Origin: Octopus bimaculoides
Lineage: Eukaryota
DNA: 64,000 nucleotides
Assembly: GCF_001194135.2 (NCBI RefSeq)
Contig: NC_068982.1
Span: 108,423,787 to 108,487,786 of the forward strand
Direction of reading: 5' to 3'
The notes beneath the pieces are model-generated. The model had not been told where the DNA came from. It did not search any database and worked only from the letters and a program-made list of their open reading frames with translations. The translations under genes were made by a program, and so were the position numbers. Of the stretch, positions 62,502 to 64,000 are shown one piece after another (position 1 is the first letter of the stretch; every line of letters begins with the position of its first letter).

Positions 62502-63266
62502 GGATCTTTATGATTTGACGGGCAACATTTTTCTATGTAGTGTTTTTGGTACCGAAACACTTTCAAACTTCAAATACTTGTATATTTTGTGTTATAGAAC
62601 AGATAAAAAATTTTGTATTCGAAGTTATTTCATGTAAAACGAAATCGGTAATTTCAACCAATCACTGACGTCTATTGAGGTGAAAACAATTACGCTGTGG
62701 AATGTAAACAACGGTGTTACGGGGTAATTTTCCCTTGAATAAAATTAGTGCCGTTGTTTGTCAACAAAAACTATCCGTTGTCAACAACAGCTATCAGCAG
62801 TATATATTTCGTTTGTCACTGTTATTTATGACATCGTTCGTGCATTTGTACTGGTTTTAGCTTTAGGGTTTTAGGGTTCGGGTTTTAGAGTTAGGGTTAG
62901 TTTTAGGATTACAGTTAGGGTTATGATTATTTTTGCCATAACCTTAACTCTAACTCATAACCCTAACCCTAAAACCCTAACCCTAACCCTAAAACCCTAA
63001 ACCCTTACTAGAGAATAACGATATAATTAAACAGGTAATAACACACTTGACACCGAACAGCACTAACTGTATTCAGCTGAATAGACGTCAGTGATTGGTT
63101 GAAATTACAGAAATACGAAAACTTTAACATGAAATAACTTGCGATGTACAATTTTTTGTTAAGAAGGTTAAGAGAAGTTGTTTTATATGACACATTCTAC
63201 CAGTGTCCCAAGTTTGAAAGTGTTTCGTTAAGAAAACAAGTGTTGCCCGTCAAATCATTAAGATCC
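62502..63266. mobile_element. 765-bp non-autonomous DNA transposon with long imperfect TIRs and central inverted telomere-like arrays
   Basis: Termini GGATCTTWATGATTTGACGGGCAACA. Perfect 8-bp TSD ATAAATTA (62494-62501, 63267-63274). TTAGGG-like 62863-62923, CCCTAA-like 62938-63007. Confidence 0.88.
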
Positions 63267-64000
63267 ATAAATTATTGTAAAAAATTGTAATAAATATAAA
63301 TTATTGTAATAAATAGTTTGTATTGTTTTATATATATGTGTATGTATGAAGGGGCATAGCCAAGTAGTTTGGGTGTTGGGTTAATGAGTGTAGGATTGTG
63401 GATTTAGTCCTCAGAGTGGGTGGCATGTTGTATCTTTCAGCATGGCACTTTATTTCATTTCTGTCTACTCAGATGAAATTGAATACCAGTTGAGTACTGG
63501 TGCGACTCACAATCACTAGTTGGGCTGAGGGTTACATATTTATGTCCGTCTGTGACTACATAAGCACTTAAATCAATTAATGAAAGGTCGGTACGTTACC
63601 AGGTCAAGCTCACTTGTGAGTGATGGTTATGTTTTTGGTTATATATATGAATGAGAGAGAGAACGAAAATAATGAAAACAGATAAGTTTGTTTGTAAATT
63701 TAGTTCCATAAAGAAACTCTCCAGTTTTGATTTTTTTTCTTCTCTCTATGTATTTTGTAATCTTTCTAGCCAGTAAAAGGAAGCTTGAAATGAGTTCTCT
63801 ACGCGGTTTTTTCTTTTAATATATAAGAATGCATATGGCATTCTAAATATTGTTTATATATATATATATATCATGTAATTTAAACTGCACTAATATGTGT
63901 ATGTATATATATATGTATATATGTATATATATATATATATGTATGTATATATATATGTATATGTATGTATATATGTATATGTATGTATGTATGTATATAT

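Noticed and set aside
62863-63007. True chromosome-end or ancestral fusion site
   Set aside because: The arrays are short, degenerate and enclosed in a TIR element with a perfect TSD.

Overview
AT-rich, intron- and repeat-rich animal genomic DNA with many N gaps. The SINE/LINE and microsatellite content looks like a coleoid cephalopod, probably Octopus (inference). Three host genes are supported exon by exon. (1) CDK7 on the minus strand: coding exons 4565-4512, 2076-2017, 787-686 and a fourth running off the left edge. (2) A complete 6-exon, 225-aa oligoribonuclease REXO2 on the plus strand (4725-16061), head-to-head with CDK7 with only 159 bp between the ATGs. (3) The first coding exon (PH domain) of ceramide transfer protein CERT1 (54955-55191). 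The rest is transposon debris: mariner, IS630/Tc1-like and Merlin-like fragments, hAT/piggyBac-type MITEs, R4/Dong and RTE LINEs, tRNA-derived SINEs and Penelope-like elements (PLEs). The most interesting unannotated signal is a set of minimal type I hammerhead ribozyme motifs from several unrelated families. Three have an intact catalytic core (9089-9150, 33299-33341, 47646-47736). Others are decayed or partial (18459-18522, 19839-19885, 35793-35810, possibly 22929-23034). Most have a different self-complementary helix III, and some lie in head-to-head inverted PLE termini. A second oddity is a TIR element with an 8-bp TSD that carries inverted telomere-like (TTAGGG/CCCTAA) arrays. No CRISPR, rRNA or genuine tRNA genes were found. 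Identities and counts are by eye.
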